From: an uncultured Chloroflexia bacterium
GTDB lineage: Bacteria > Chloroflexota > Dehalococcoidia > GIF9 > UBA5629
NCBI GenBank assembly: GCA_963784375.1
Contig: CAWAQY010000004.1
Location: forward strand, 56,825-120,824
Reading direction: 5' to 3'
DNA: 64,000 nucleotides
A program made the position numbers and the translations under genes. The notes under the pieces are model-generated. The model had not been told where the DNA came from, did no database searches, and worked only from the letters and a program-made list of their open reading frames with translations. This document shows positions 1-10,407 of the stretch, piece by piece. Each line of letters opens with the position of its first letter. Within the stretch, counting starts at the first letter, position 1.

Positions 1-386
1 AAAGCAGAGCTTAAAATTGATACTGATGAGCCGATTGTCATACTGCAGCCGATTCCCTGAATGATTCGAAATGAGATAATTATAGTACTGGAATGTGCCA
101 GAGCACAGAAAAAAGAAGAAATGGCAAAGAGTAACATCCCCAAGAAAAATAGCTTTCTCCTGCCATAGATATCTGCTAAACTCCCGGCTGGAACCAAGAA
201 TGCAGCAATCGCCAATACCCATGCATTGTTAATCCACCCTAATGTTGCTGCCGGGATGCCGAGATCTCTTCCTATTGAAGGTAAAGCAATATTCACGCAC
301 GGGTTCAACAGGGCAGTGGTGAAATTAACTAAACAGACTATCAGCAGCGTAAAATTTTTATTTGTATTTTCCGTTTCGTGTTCCAT
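1..386 (-). CDS. MFS transporter (DHA-type), N-terminal part; gene runs off the window start
   Basis: The reverse-complement translation starts MEHETENT, continues ...VNIALPSIGRDLGIPAATLGWINNAWVLAIAAFLVPAGSLADIYGRRKLFFLG and has MFS motif-A-like GRLAD/GRRK. It is a paralog of the MFS genes at 19310-20687 and 29442-30838. It is absent from the ORF track because it is truncated by the window edge. Confidence 0.7.
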   Translation of the reverse strand, partial: MEHETENTNKNFTLLIVCLVNFTTALLNPCVNIALPSIGRDLGIPAATLGWINNAWVLAIAAFLVPAGSLADIYGRRKLFFLGMLLFAISSFFCALAHSSTIIISFRIIQGIGCSMTIGSSVSILSSA

Positions 387-912
387 TTGCGCATACATTC
401 TTGAACAAGTTTAAATGAAAATAAACATTTATGGAAGGCTACGAATCATCGAGGGACTAACGTATCTGTTATAGTTTTGAAAAAGCGCCTGGGAACGCCA
501 GGCTCTTCAATAGGACAATACATTTGTATTAGGTTATTGCCGGAAGATCTGGTTGCAAATACAGTCTGCCTTTAGGCAGGAGTAATATATTTCTTAGTTC
601 CAGACTCATTTACGGATAATATCCCCTTTTTTAACTTGTATTGGATATTTCAAGCTATATGGGGATACGCAAAAGACGATAATGCCTCTGTGAGCAAGGG
701 AGGAATGACTGCGTTCCGTTTGAAAGAGAAACTCTTCCTAGCCGCCGTGATTTTGGCAATAGTAATGGTAATTTCTTCTTTGTGGCTGTTGCTGGGTATT
801 GGGCTTTTAGTCATTGGGTTTATTTGCCTAAATAACCTCTGTGATGCGCTGAACAACCTTAATTATCGAGGAATTGAAGAAGGTTGCAGGTGTCCTGCAG
901 GGGAAGCCGCCG

Positions 913-1302
913 CTATTTCTTCTCCAACATGGCACTAACCTGTTTGAGTAGCGCGTCCGGGCTTACCGGCTTATCAATGTACCCTTCTGCATCAAGCTCA
1001 AATCCGGCGCTGACTGGGATGTTTGTTTCGCCATGGTGCTGCGCAAAGCTGGTCAGGATTATGACCGGGATCTTAGCCAGTTTCGGGTCCTGTTTCAGCT
1101 GTTTGCAGACTTGGAATCCGTCCTTGGTGGGCATGATAATGTCCAGTAGAATGAGGTCGGGTTTTTCCTGCCGGGCTTTTTCCATGCCTGTGTCGCCGTC
1201 AAGGGCTGTAACGACCCTGTACTTGCTCTCAAGTACCTTCTTCGTGGCTTTAACAAAGACCGGATCGTCATCAACGAGAAGGATTTTCGCTGGTTCTGCC
1301 AT
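913..1302 (-). CDS. single-domain response regulator (CheY-like receiver)
   Basis: LLVDDDPVF...DLILLDIIMPTKDGFQVCKQLK has the receiver D-D-K signature. Its stop overlaps the start of the upstream kinase gene at 1302, which suggests translational coupling. Confidence 0.85.
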   Translation of the reverse strand: MAEPAKILLVDDDPVFVKATKKVLESKYRVVTALDGDTGMEKARQEKPDLILLDIIMPTKDGFQVCKQLKQDPKLAKIPVIILTSFAQHHGETNIPVSAGFELDAEGYIDKPVSPDALLKQVSAMLEKK

Positions 1303-2900
1303 TAATTACCTCCATATGCCGTATTTTTTGTAATTGTCGGGCTGGTAGAATTTACAATCCTGTGTCTTCGCAGAGCTTTTTCAACTCTTTGAAGGAGTAC
1401 TGTCGGCGAAATAGGCTTGTTTACATAATCATCAACTTTCAGGTCAGATTGAGTCTCCAACTCGTAACGGCGCCGGCTGCTCTCCTCTCTGATGGCGCTG
1501 AGAATAATGATCGGAAATTTCCGCTCTTTTAGTTCTTCAGACCGTTTGCACACCTCAAACCCGTCCATCTGGGGCATCAGTAGGTCGAGTAGAAGGATGT
1601 CGGGCTCTTTCTCCTTAATTTTCTCCAACGCCTCTTCGCCATTTTGTGCCGTGCGTACTTTGTAGCCTTGCGACTCCAGTAAGACTGAAGTGATACGACG
1701 TATCTCTGGGTCGTCGTCCGTGAGCAGGATATCGGCCCCGACAAAGGTATGCTGGTCCGGTTCGCCGTTCGCCGTTTCGGTCTCCAGCACTTTTGGCAGA
1801 TTGAAGCTGAAGCGGCTGCCTTTGCCGGTGTCAGGATCGGGGCTCTGTACCCAGATGGAGCCCCCGTGGGACTCGATAAGCTTCTTGGCGATGGACAAAC
1901 CCAGGCCAGCGCCTTCGGTCTCTACCCTGATCCCGCGGAAGAAATCGTTGAAGAGTTTTGGCTTGTCCTCCTCGGGAATGCCGATGCCGGTGTCTGCTAC
2001 GTCTATCTGTACCCTGTCCGTTGTCTCCTTCGAGGTGATAGTCACCGAGCCGCCATTTGGTGTGAACTTGACCCCGTTGCTGAGAAGGTTGGTGAGCACC
2101 TGCTGAAGCCGTTTCTGTGCACCGAGCACTGGAGTTAGCTGTTTCGATGCGTTATTCACGAGGGAGACCCCCTTGGGCCGTGCCAGACCAACGACATCAC
2201 CCACCGAGTCCTCGATCACCTGGTAAAGGTTGACCTTCTGCAAATCTGTCGCTTTAATCTCGGCATATGAGATATCGAGGATATTATCGATCATGTTGAG
2301 CAGGTCGGCAATCCGCTCCTTGCCGGCCAGGAGGAGCTCCTTTTGCTCTAGGTTGACTTCCCCGGCAAATCCCCCGGCGACAACTTCAATGGTACTCTGC
2401 GCAGTTGCGAGCGGGGCGCGGAGATCATGTGATGTGACAGAGAGAACATGTCCGAGAGTGTTGACTGTGCGGGAAAGTCGGCTGGAGACCACACGGATGA
2501 CCTCCCGGAAGACTTCGTAGCCGAACTCCTTGTCTTCATCGCATAGTTTGCGGACGGATTCGGCATCAAAGACGAGCACCTGGCTCGTTTCCAGAGCGGT
2601 GCCGGACGCAGGAGCAGGCAGATTGAGAAAAATAGTCCAGCCGATAAAACCATTGTTGCCAACGACATCAATCATGGCCTGTCGTCTCGTTCTGAGGCCT
2701 ATTCTTATCTCTATCTCAAGCGATACTTTTCCGTTGGTTACGATGTAAAAGTTAGGTAGAAGCGTGCCTTCTGTGAAGAGCCGCTGACCGGCGGCGAAGG
2801 TCTGTTCGGTAGCCAGAGTGGCAAGCTTGTCTATCTGCTGGTCAGTCAGGTTCCAGAAAAGCTCGGACTTCTTAATCAGCTCTGTTTTTGACGCAGCCAA
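1302..2900 (-). CDS. hybrid sensor histidine kinase with N-terminal cyclic-nucleotide-binding domain and C-terminal receiver
   Basis: The N-terminus has a cNMP-binding-like fold (FWNLTDQQIDKL...GQRLFTEG...FYIVTNGKV). It is followed by a HisKA H-box (SHDLRAPL), HATPase motifs (DTGIGIPEE...GAGLGLSIAKKLIESHGGSIW) and a receiver (ILLTDDDPEIRR...ILLLDLLMPQMDGFEV). Confidence 0.85.
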   Translation of the reverse strand: MAASKTELIKKSELFWNLTDQQIDKLATLATEQTFAAGQRLFTEGTLLPNFYIVTNGKVSLEIEIRIGLRTRRQAMIDVVGNNGFIGWTIFLNLPAPASGTALETSQVLVFDAESVRKLCDEDKEFGYEVFREVIRVVSSRLSRTVNTLGHVLSVTSHDLRAPLATAQSTIEVVAGGFAGEVNLEQKELLLAGKERIADLLNMIDNILDISYAEIKATDLQKVNLYQVIEDSVGDVVGLARPKGVSLVNNASKQLTPVLGAQKRLQQVLTNLLSNGVKFTPNGGSVTITSKETTDRVQIDVADTGIGIPEEDKPKLFNDFFRGIRVETEGAGLGLSIAKKLIESHGGSIWVQSPDPDTGKGSRFSFNLPKVLETETANGEPDQHTFVGADILLTDDDPEIRRITSVLLESQGYKVRTAQNGEEALEKIKEKEPDILLLDLLMPQMDGFEVCKRSEELKERKFPIIILSAIREESSRRRYELETQSDLKVDDYVNKPISPTVLLQRVEKALRRHRIVNSTSPTITKNTAYGGN

Positions 2901-3326
2901 TTATGCTCTCCTCTGTTCGTTCGGGGGGCTCTGTTCCAACAATAATAGCTTATAATCATTCGGAGCGCAATGAAAAATCCGTGTTTATCCCTTAAGAATG
3001 AATTCTTCGTCAATACGTTCCTCGGAATAACTTTTGGAACAAAGCCGTCGGCAGGTGTATTATCCGAGTTGCATTATAGCACAGGAGCAATTTTCACTAC
3101 AAAAGTCTTCGGTGCAATTTAATTTGATTCAATACGACTAGTTCGAATTCCATTTACGGTAAACACAAAGCTGGTTTTCAATTTGAGGGGTAGTTGATTA
3201 ATTATGAAGATTTGATTTGGTACTTTGAAAAGCCTGATACCTCTATAACAAAAAGGAGTCTGGGATTAAATCCCCAGACTCCTAATAAGGAGGGTTTAGT
3301 GCCGTCTTTGTTCAATATAAACGTAA

Positions 3327-4803
3327 CTATTTTTCCTTCAGTATTTTCAATGCCTTTTGTCTGGATTCCTGGGACCAGCTTTCAAAGTTCAGAATATCTG
3401 GAATATTATTAGGATCAGTCAGATGCCACTCGAATGGGAATCCGGCATCGATTACCACCGATGATCCGCCTTTTTGTTTTGTCACTCTGTCCTCCCATGA
3501 GTTCCTGGGCACGAGAGCCAAAGCTCCACCCCTGTCTTTGATAATCTGGATGCTCCGCTCCGGGTCGCTCCTGGTTGTCAACGCCCAGATAACCTGGTTA
3601 ATATTGGTGGGGTCGACATCATCATCAACGACGATAATCCAGGATGCTGCAGCGGCGATAAGGCAATGCTTATGGCTCCAGATGGCACTGGCGATTATTT
3701 GAGGTAGCCCGGACATTACTCTTTTGGCAGATACAATGCATAGCCCGACGCCGAAAGCGTGCGGGTGGAAAAATAAATCCTTTACACCGGGGATTTTCAA
3801 AGTATCGATCACATGGTTTTTCAGCAGGGCGGTACCGACAGGTGCTCCAGTTTATGCTGTCATCGGTCATCGGTGTTGATTCCATCGAACCGGTGTGTAT
3901 GGGATTATTCCTGTGGGTGATACATTTTACGTGGAATACCGGTTTCGGGAACTCAGCACCTCCGTAATAGCCGGCGGCTTCACCAAAGGGACCCTCCATC
4001 TTTAATTCGTCTGTAGGGACTTCCCCTTCGAGAATTATTTCGGCATTTGCGGGAACCGGGAGATCATTTGTCTCAGCTTTGATCAACTCAACGGGCGCTT
4101 GCCTCAATGCTCCAGCCATCTCAACTTCAGAAACACCTTCATCAAATGGCGAAGCTGATACAATCGGGTGGGTGGGGTCTTGCCCGATCACCACCGCCAG
4201 CGGCATCGGTTTGCCCAGAGCTTTGTATTTCTCATAGAGGATCCAGCTATGTTGTCCCGGAATGACCCACAACCCTGTCGTATTTTTGTCATGAATTCCC
4301 ATTCTATACATGCCCCAGTTGACCCAACCGCTATCCGGGTCTTTCATGATAACCGTATGGAAAGTACCGATATACCTGTGGCCGTCTTTGGCGTGCCATT
4401 TCGGTGTAGGTAGTTTAAAAAGGTCAACATCTTTTCCCTTCAGGATGTTTTCTTTGCAGGGTCCGCTTTTGACAATCACAGGCTTGACCGGATGCTTGGC
4501 ACGCTGGCGCCAGGTCTCGATGATTTCCCGAGCCGGCGTATTTATTGGAAGGCCCAGTGCCAGAGCGTATCTTCGATAGCTGGCTATGGTGTTAGTGAAG
4601 AATCTGCCGCCGGGATATCCGGTTATGTTTTCAAAAATGACTGCCGGAGCATTAATTCCTCCGGTCTCCCTATCAATCAATCTTTTTGAAATTGCCCCTA
4701 TCTCCTCTTCCCAATGTACTTCTTCTTTTATCCGCAGCAGCTCTCCCTCGCTCTCAAGTTTAGCCAGGAATTCCCGCAAATCTTTATACGCCATTAATCT
4801 CAA
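3327..4803 (-). CDS. UbiD-family (prFMN-dependent) decarboxylase; frameshifted near 3810-3860
   Basis: The N-terminus MAYKDLREFLAKLESEGELLRI is the canonical UbiD start, and the body matches UbiD/3-octaprenyl-4-hydroxybenzoate carboxy-lyase throughout. The C-terminal 161 aa continue in another frame (3327-3812). The local repeat tcatcggtcatcggtg at ~3855 could be a small duplication or an error. Confidence 0.8.
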
Positions 4804-4871
4804 TTACTCCATTATATTTTTAATTGCTGATGATCGATTAGAAACCCATGGAGGAACTAAATTTCACCAAT

Positions 4872-6312
4872 TCATTTCAGCGATGGCTCTTTTGCCGCGT
4901 TCTTGCCAGCGGCAAGCCCCTGGGAAGCGGAAGCAGAGGTCATTACCCCCAGTAAGTACGTTTTTGTGCACAGGCCGCCAGTTACTTCCCCGGCAGCATA
5001 GAGTCCCGGAATAGGTTCGGCATATTGGTTTAATACCTGGCCCTTTCCGTTTATCTTTAAGCCGCCTTTCATAGAGGTGGTTGAAGTAACGCATCTCACA
5101 GCGTAATAAGGTCCTTTATCTAATTTGAAAATCGGTGTTGGAATCCCGCCTTTCTGTACCCTTCTGCCAAAGACGGTATCGTAACCCTTTTTATCTATAT
5201 CCGAATTATATTTTTCTATCGTTTTGCTCAGACCTTTGGCATCGATACCGGCAATGTCGGCCAATTTTTCCAGAGTGGTTGCTTTCATTTGCTTGCAACG
5301 TTCCAGGGCAAGCATGAAATCTTTGCCTCCACCTTTGGCATAAGCTTCGCCAGCCGCCAAAATATCTTTCCTGGTTTTATCGCTCCAGATAATAAAGTAA
5401 CCGCCCGATTGTTGCATACCGGCTCCGGTCATGGGCCCATAGAAAGAGTCAGGATACGACTCATCGGCAAACCTTTGCCCTTTAGCGTTTACCATGATCC
5501 CACCGAAATTAAGTGCTCTCAGGGCATTGGAATGGGTTACGGCATCAACCGGCCAGGCCGGTGCAACAGCCTTTCCTATATCCTTTGTGGCAGCACCTAC
5601 AGCCAGCCCCATCTTTAGCCCGTCGCCCATATGGCTTGGAGGCATCACCGGTACGCAATCCACCATGTCAGGGGCGAACTCAGCTACCATTTCAGCATTT
5701 CTGCCAAATCCGCCGCTGGTTATAATTACGGCTTTCCTGGCTTTAAAATATTTAGTCTTGCCGCCCGCGGTAACTATGACTCCAGCCACTTTCCCCGTTT
5801 TGGGGTCCATGATCAAGGCGGGTAGCCCTGTGTTCGTTGAGTATCTCCACACCTTTTCTTCTCGCCCTATCTTCCAGAGCCTTGACTATTTTCAAACCCA
5901 TGTTACCTATTGATAAGGAGCCCAGGCCTCTGGGGACGCTGTGGCCTGGTAGATGAATTACCCCTGGGAATTTTACACCCTCATCCCGGATCATTTTGTA
6001 AACTTCAAGCTGGTTGTCGGCATAAGCTCTGGCTATTTCCGGTTCAGCTCCGCTTACTTCTACCATATCCTTGTAAAGAATTTCGGGTGAATCTTTAATC
6101 CCTTTTGCTTTTTGCTCGTCACTGCCTGCAGTATTGAAACTGCCCCATACCATCCTTAAGCTTCCACCGCACATCTTCCTTACTTCAAGTACAGTCGCGT
6201 TCAATCCTGCCTCGGCAACCTTTATCGAAGCCGGCAGCCCTGCGGTTCCTCCTCCAATGATAATGACATCGGATACGTGGTCCCATTTTTTTGGCATTTC
6301 TGATGCTGACAC
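4872..6312 (-). CDS. FAD-dependent oxidoreductase (fumarate reductase/succinate dehydrogenase flavoprotein-like, FAD_binding_2); frameshifted ~5760-5850
   Basis: The N-terminus has a dinucleotide fold VIIIGGGTAGLPASIKVAEAG..LE. The C-terminal part (4872-5852) carries ...VIITSGGFGRN..., GLYAAGEVTGG. The two ORFs overlap in different frames. Confidence 0.75.
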
Positions 6313-6336
6313 TGATTTTTCCTCCTCTTATTATTT

Positions 6337-6645
6337 TTATTTACTTTTGGAATGAAGCCTTTTCCATTTTTCCAGCAATTGTTTGCGACTCTCTTTGAAA
6401 TCCGGGTCCGGAACAGGGGCTCCTACCGGGCAAATCTCGGCGCACCTGGCCGAATCTCGAAACCCGACACATTCGGTGCATTTTTCAGGGTCGATGACAT
6501 ACGCGTTTTCGCCTTCACTGATTGCTTTGTTGAGGCACTCTACCTGGCACACACCGCACGCTAAACAGTCACTGTTAATTTTGTAAGCCATTGTCTTCTG
6601 GACTCCTCTATTGATTAATCGTTTGATATTTGGAAGAATGTACAA
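6337..6645 (-). CDS. 4Fe-4S dicluster ferredoxin-like protein
   Basis: Two cysteine clusters are present: CLACGVCQVEC and CTECVGFRDSARCAEICP. Confidence 0.7.
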   Translation of the reverse strand: MYILPNIKRLINRGVQKTMAYKINSDCLACGVCQVECLNKAISEGENAYVIDPEKCTECVGFRDSARCAEICPVGAPVPDPDFKESRKQLLEKWKRLHSKSK

Positions 6646-6891
6646 ATATCTGTTTTGTATATTGACAAATAACCAGCGGATTTATTAGTATAGAAATTAC
6701 AGTGAACCTATCTTACGCGATATCGCTTGAGATATGTTGGTCATTTTATAGGAAAAATAAACCGTTTGTCAAGGGTTTTTCGGGGATAAAACTAATAAAT
6801 TTTTCGTTGCCATTTAAGGCATACAATGTAGAAATATGTAACAAATGAACATATAATAGAAACGCTAATTGAGGATATTGAGGACACAAAA

Positions 6892-7402
6892 ATGCCAAAG
6901 AGCGATAAAAACAAGATTGTGAATAAAGAGGCATTTAAACACCGTACATCTCTGGACAAGGACTATGGTTTGTGGGTGCTTTTAAATCAGGCCAGGGATT
7001 CGGTGCACAAGGCACGGGAAAAAGAGTTGATGCAGTACGGTATTTCCAGCAGTCAGGCTGCTGTCATGTTTATTTCGAAGATGATTGATAGTGAAGTAAC
7101 CCCTGGCGAAATATCCAGGTGGCTCTTGAAAGAACCTCACACGGTTTCTGCTATCATTATCCAGGATGGAGAAGCAAGGTCTTGTAAAAAAAATGAAAAG
7201 TAAGGGCAAGAATAATAGCGTTAATATCTCCCTGACCAAAGCGGGAGAGGAAGCGTATATCAATTCCGAAAAAATCCAGTCCCTCAAGGATATAATATCA
7301 AAATTAAATGCAGATGAGATCGAGCAGTTAAGCTCTCTTTTAGCCCGGTTGCGCGACATCGCCATAGACTATACTTCGCGGTTCAGGGTACCTTTCCCAT
7401 AA
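6892..7402 (+). CDS. MarR-family transcriptional regulator (frameshifted ~7150-7170)
   Basis: It is a paralog of the 41855-42352 MarR (…YGISSSQAAVMFI…TPGEISRWLLKEPHTVS // MEKQGLVKK…LTKAGEEAY…LSSLLARLRD). It has two ORF pieces in frames offset by one and is divergent to the UbiD/flavoprotein/ferredoxin genes. Confidence 0.75.
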
Positions 7403-7556
7403 GTTTGTTCTTACTACTATACCTCTATAATTCTATTCCTTATTCTCCGTTTATTTTCATTAGTTCTGCGCATCTTTTAATTTTCGAAGATATTTCTCAA
7501 CAGGCATACGAGGTGCTAGAATTAGTAAAACAATAGTTATTTCAAAGGTATAAAAC

Positions 7557-8483
7557 ATGCAGGTCTTAAAAGATAAAAAGATAGGCATTGCTTTGGGTGG
7601 TGGTGGTGCTCGCGGATATTTCCATATTGGAGTTCTCAGTGTACTGGAAGAATATGATATCCATCCTCACATAATAGCGGGCACCAGCATGGGATCAATA
7701 ATCGGGGCCCTCTATTCCAGCGGCCTCAGTGCCGGAGAAATAAAAGAAATGGCAGTGGGTATGGATTGGAGGAAGCTCATAACCCTGGCAGATATAATCG
7801 TCCCCCTTAGTGGCTTGATCCGGGGTGGAAGAGTTACTTCTCTCCTTAAGTCCATAGTGAAAGCCAGGACATTTGCTCAATTGAAGAAAAACTTTGCCTG
7901 TGTGGCGACAGACCTCAATACTGGCGAACAGGTAGTCTTAAACGAAGGTTCGCTGATTGAAGCCGTCAGAGCCAGTTGTTCAATACCGGCTATTTTCACG
8001 CCGGTAAACTTGAAAGGACGATACCTTATTGATGGAGGTCTTGTCAACGTGGTTCCGGTCAGTGTGTGCCATGATATGGGTGCCGATTTTGTAATCGGAG
8101 TAAATGTTATTCCGGGACCGAGGGAGAAAGTATCCATGCAGGAAGCTTTTGAGAAGTATAAAAGCTACCAGATGCATTCCGCTCTTTCTGAAAATGAAAG
8201 CAGCACCTTATTTGATAACGAAATCAGTTCCCTGTTTGCCAAGGAGCCCAGGTTGCATGACGTGGTAAGCCAAACACTTTCGATAATCGAATATCGAATA
8301 GCCATGGAAAATCTGAAGCAGGCTGATATCGCGATTACCCCTTTCAATGGAAACATCGGATTCTGGCAGTTCAATAGGGCGGCAGATGCCATAAATGCCG
8401 GGGAGATATCTACAAGGTTGGCTTTGCAGAGAAGCGATATAGCCCGCGGCATAATTGACCAGCAACGTTCGACGGTCTTGTAA
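7557..8483 (+). CDS. patatin-like phospholipase (RssA family)
   Basis: It carries a GGGARG oxyanion motif, a GTSMG (GxSxG) nucleophile elbow and DGGLVNVVP (the catalytic Asp). Confidence 0.85.
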   Translation: MQVLKDKKIGIALGGGGARGYFHIGVLSVLEEYDIHPHIIAGTSMGSIIGALYSSGLSAGEIKEMAVGMDWRKLITLADIIVPLSGLIRGGRVTSLLKSIVKARTFAQLKKNFACVATDLNTGEQVVLNEGSLIEAVRASCSIPAIFTPVNLKGRYLIDGGLVNVVPVSVCHDMGADFVIGVNVIPGPREKVSMQEAFEKYKSYQMHSALSENESSTLFDNEISSLFAKEPRLHDVVSQTLSIIEYRIAMENLKQADIAITPFNGNIGFWQFNRAADAINAGEISTRLALQRSDIARGIIDQQRSTVL

Positions 8484-8525
8484 TAGTCGGGCAGGCAGTT
8501 TGTTTGACCTGCTAAGGAGGTTACC

Positions 8526-8819
8526 TTGGAAAAAGAAAATTCCGATAGAAGAAATCCAGGAAAGGATTTTCGCACTATGTTTGAAGCTTTTGGGAAAGCC
8601 ATGAGCGAAGTATTTAATGATCCCGAACTGAAAGAAAAGGCAAAGGAAATGGGAGAAAGCATATCCAAATCCGCGGAGACATTTGCCAGCAGATTCAAGG
8701 ATGAAGATGTAAAAAAGAAATTCAGCGAGGCGGGTGAAGCAGCCAAGGAATTCGGGAAAAGCATGGCCGATTATTTCCAGTCGGATAAAAAGAATAATGA
8801 TAGCGATAAGCAAAAATGA
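8526..8819 (+). CDS. small Lys/Glu-rich hypothetical protein
   Basis: An RBS (aaggagg) lies 7 nt upstream of a TTG start. The protein is low-complexity and KE-rich with no recognised domain. Confidence 0.4.
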   Translation: MEKENSDRRNPGKDFRTMFEAFGKAMSEVFNDPELKEKAKEMGESISKSAETFASRFKDEDVKKKFSEAGEAAKEFGKSMADYFQSDKKNNDSDKQK

Positions 8820-8909
8820 AGGTTGCGGGACATTGCATAAGCGGTCAAACTACACAGAATGCAATTTAATTGCCAGCATAATACTCTGGTGATTCAATTA
8901 CTTTAATCG

Positions 8910-9497
8910 ATGTCTAAACCGCAGTGGAACCTTCTCTACCTTACGGGCAGAACACGCTGGAATACAGGAATCACTCCTCCCGAGCTTGTGGAAGTTATTG
9001 AAGGAGGGCAAATTCCTCCTGGTCGCGCTCTGGATATCGGGTGTGGCACCGGTACCAATACAATTTACCTGGCGAAGCATGGTTTTCAAGCTGTAGGGGT
9101 CGATGTCGCTTTTCTGGCGATTATTCAGGCAAGGTATAAGGCATGGCGGTTGGGACTGCCGGTGAAGTTTTCAACCGGAGACATTCTCAAGCTGGGATTG
9201 CCCGAATACCCCGTTCTTAGCGCTCCCGTTGATTTTGCCCTGGATATCGGATGCCTGCATTCCATGGGAACAATGCACCTCCAGTCTTATACCTCAATGT
9301 TGCTGCGAGTTTTGGCTAGTGGAGGGTTCTACCTTCTCTATGCCTGGTGGCCGCATGAATTACAGGGACGCCCGGTCGGGCTTAAACCTGAAGAATTGAA
9401 AGCAGCTCTGGGTAACAGTTTTCATGCTATCTGGACTCGCCAGGGTGAGGAGGGCGGAATACCCGCATTTTGGTACTTGTTTCAAAAATTGTCATAG
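8910..9497 (+). CDS. class I SAM-dependent methyltransferase (TPMT/tellurite-MTase-like)
   Basis: Motif I is present (ALDIGCGTGTNTIYLAKHG), followed by an acidic loop (VGVDV). Confidence 0.7.
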   Translation: MSKPQWNLLYLTGRTRWNTGITPPELVEVIEGGQIPPGRALDIGCGTGTNTIYLAKHGFQAVGVDVAFLAIIQARYKAWRLGLPVKFSTGDILKLGLPEYPVLSAPVDFALDIGCLHSMGTMHLQSYTSMLLRVLASGGFYLLYAWWPHELQGRPVGLKPEELKAALGNSFHAIWTRQGEEGGIPAFWYLFQKLS

Positions 9498-9512
9498 GCA
9501 ATCCTGTTAATA

Positions 9513-10331
9513 TTACCTGACGGGTTTTATTGCTTTAGCGGCGATGAATTGTCCGGTAAGATATCTGGTAGGCTTGTTTTCAAGCCCATCCAATAAACCC
9601 AGTATTTTTCTGGCAAAAATAATAAGTCGGGTAGATTTGAGCCGGCGTACCAATAGTAAAAATGCTCTGACAAAGAAGCGTGGATTATGAATAATTGCCG
9701 TGCAATCAACGACTTTCAAACCCACTGTTACCAGCCCCTTTTTAAGCTCTCTTATACTACAGGTTTCACCGATAAAAAAATGATAGAGCCGCAAAGCTAT
9801 CCAGATCCTGAAAAAAGGCTCGGTTATATTACCCTTATTGTCCATTGTAATAATAAGACAGCCACCGGGTTTGAGAACTCTGCCTAATTCGGATAATGCT
9901 TCCAGGATTTCTTTCTTGTGATGGAAATGATCTAATGTTGAATCGGAAATTATCAGGTCGAAGGATTCATCAACAAATGGCAGCTGCCGGACATCACATG
10001 TCATATAATTAGCCTTTGCCTCCGGAGCGTGATGTGCAGTTGCTGACTTGGCCAGATATGTCACTTTGGTTGAAATATCTATTCCTGTGATAGTGGCGTT
10101 TGTTAGCATTACGTTCCAAAGAAATGATCGAGAAGGGTCAGTAGCTTCGGCAAAAAGATCGGTCTTGAGAATCCTGGTGATTTGATTGTTACCAATCCAT
10201 CTGGATATCAGTTCGGAATGTATGTTTCGGTATTGTTCAGCGAGCAGAGAGTCGAAACCGCTTTCCCCGGCTACTTTCTCCGCGCAAAGGTTCCAGTATT
10301 CTGCTTCAGCTGCCCTGGTTATTTCTTTCAT
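9513..10331 (-). CDS. class I SAM-dependent methyltransferase
   Basis: Rossmann MTase motifs are present: ...ITGIDIS..., FDLIISDSTLDHF and VLKPGGCLIITM. It lies downstream of the radical-SAM gene on the same strand. Confidence 0.7.
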   Translation of the reverse strand: MKEITRAAEAEYWNLCAEKVAGESGFDSLLAEQYRNIHSELISRWIGNNQITRILKTDLFAEATDPSRSFLWNVMLTNATITGIDISTKVTYLAKSATAHHAPEAKANYMTCDVRQLPFVDESFDLIISDSTLDHFHHKKEILEALSELGRVLKPGGCLIITMDNKGNITEPFFRIWIALRLYHFFIGETCSIRELKKGLVTVGLKVVDCTAIIHNPRFFVRAFLLLVRRLKSTRLIIFARKILGLLDGLENKPTRYLTGQFIAAKAIKPVR

Positions 10332-10407
10332 ACTTTTACACGATGACCATCTTAACCAGTATAATCCCCTTCAGACAATTGCTTCTTTTTAAAATATATA
10401 GACTTTC

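Noticed and set aside
226-414. 62-aa plus-strand ORF at the window start
   Set aside because: It lies on the opposite strand of the MFS transporter N-terminus (1-386, minus), which has clear family motifs.
1690-2748. Plus-strand ORFs (72-138 aa) inside the histidine kinase gene
   Set aside because: They lie antisense to a domain-supported CDS and have Ala/Arg/Ser-rich translations typical of reverse-strand artefacts.
8165-8813. Two long minus-strand ORFs (199 and 201 aa) overlapping the patatin gene end and the small KE-rich gene
   Set aside because: They lie antisense to well-supported plus-strand CDSs and are low-complexity. They have no RBS or domain support. They are most likely shadow ORFs.
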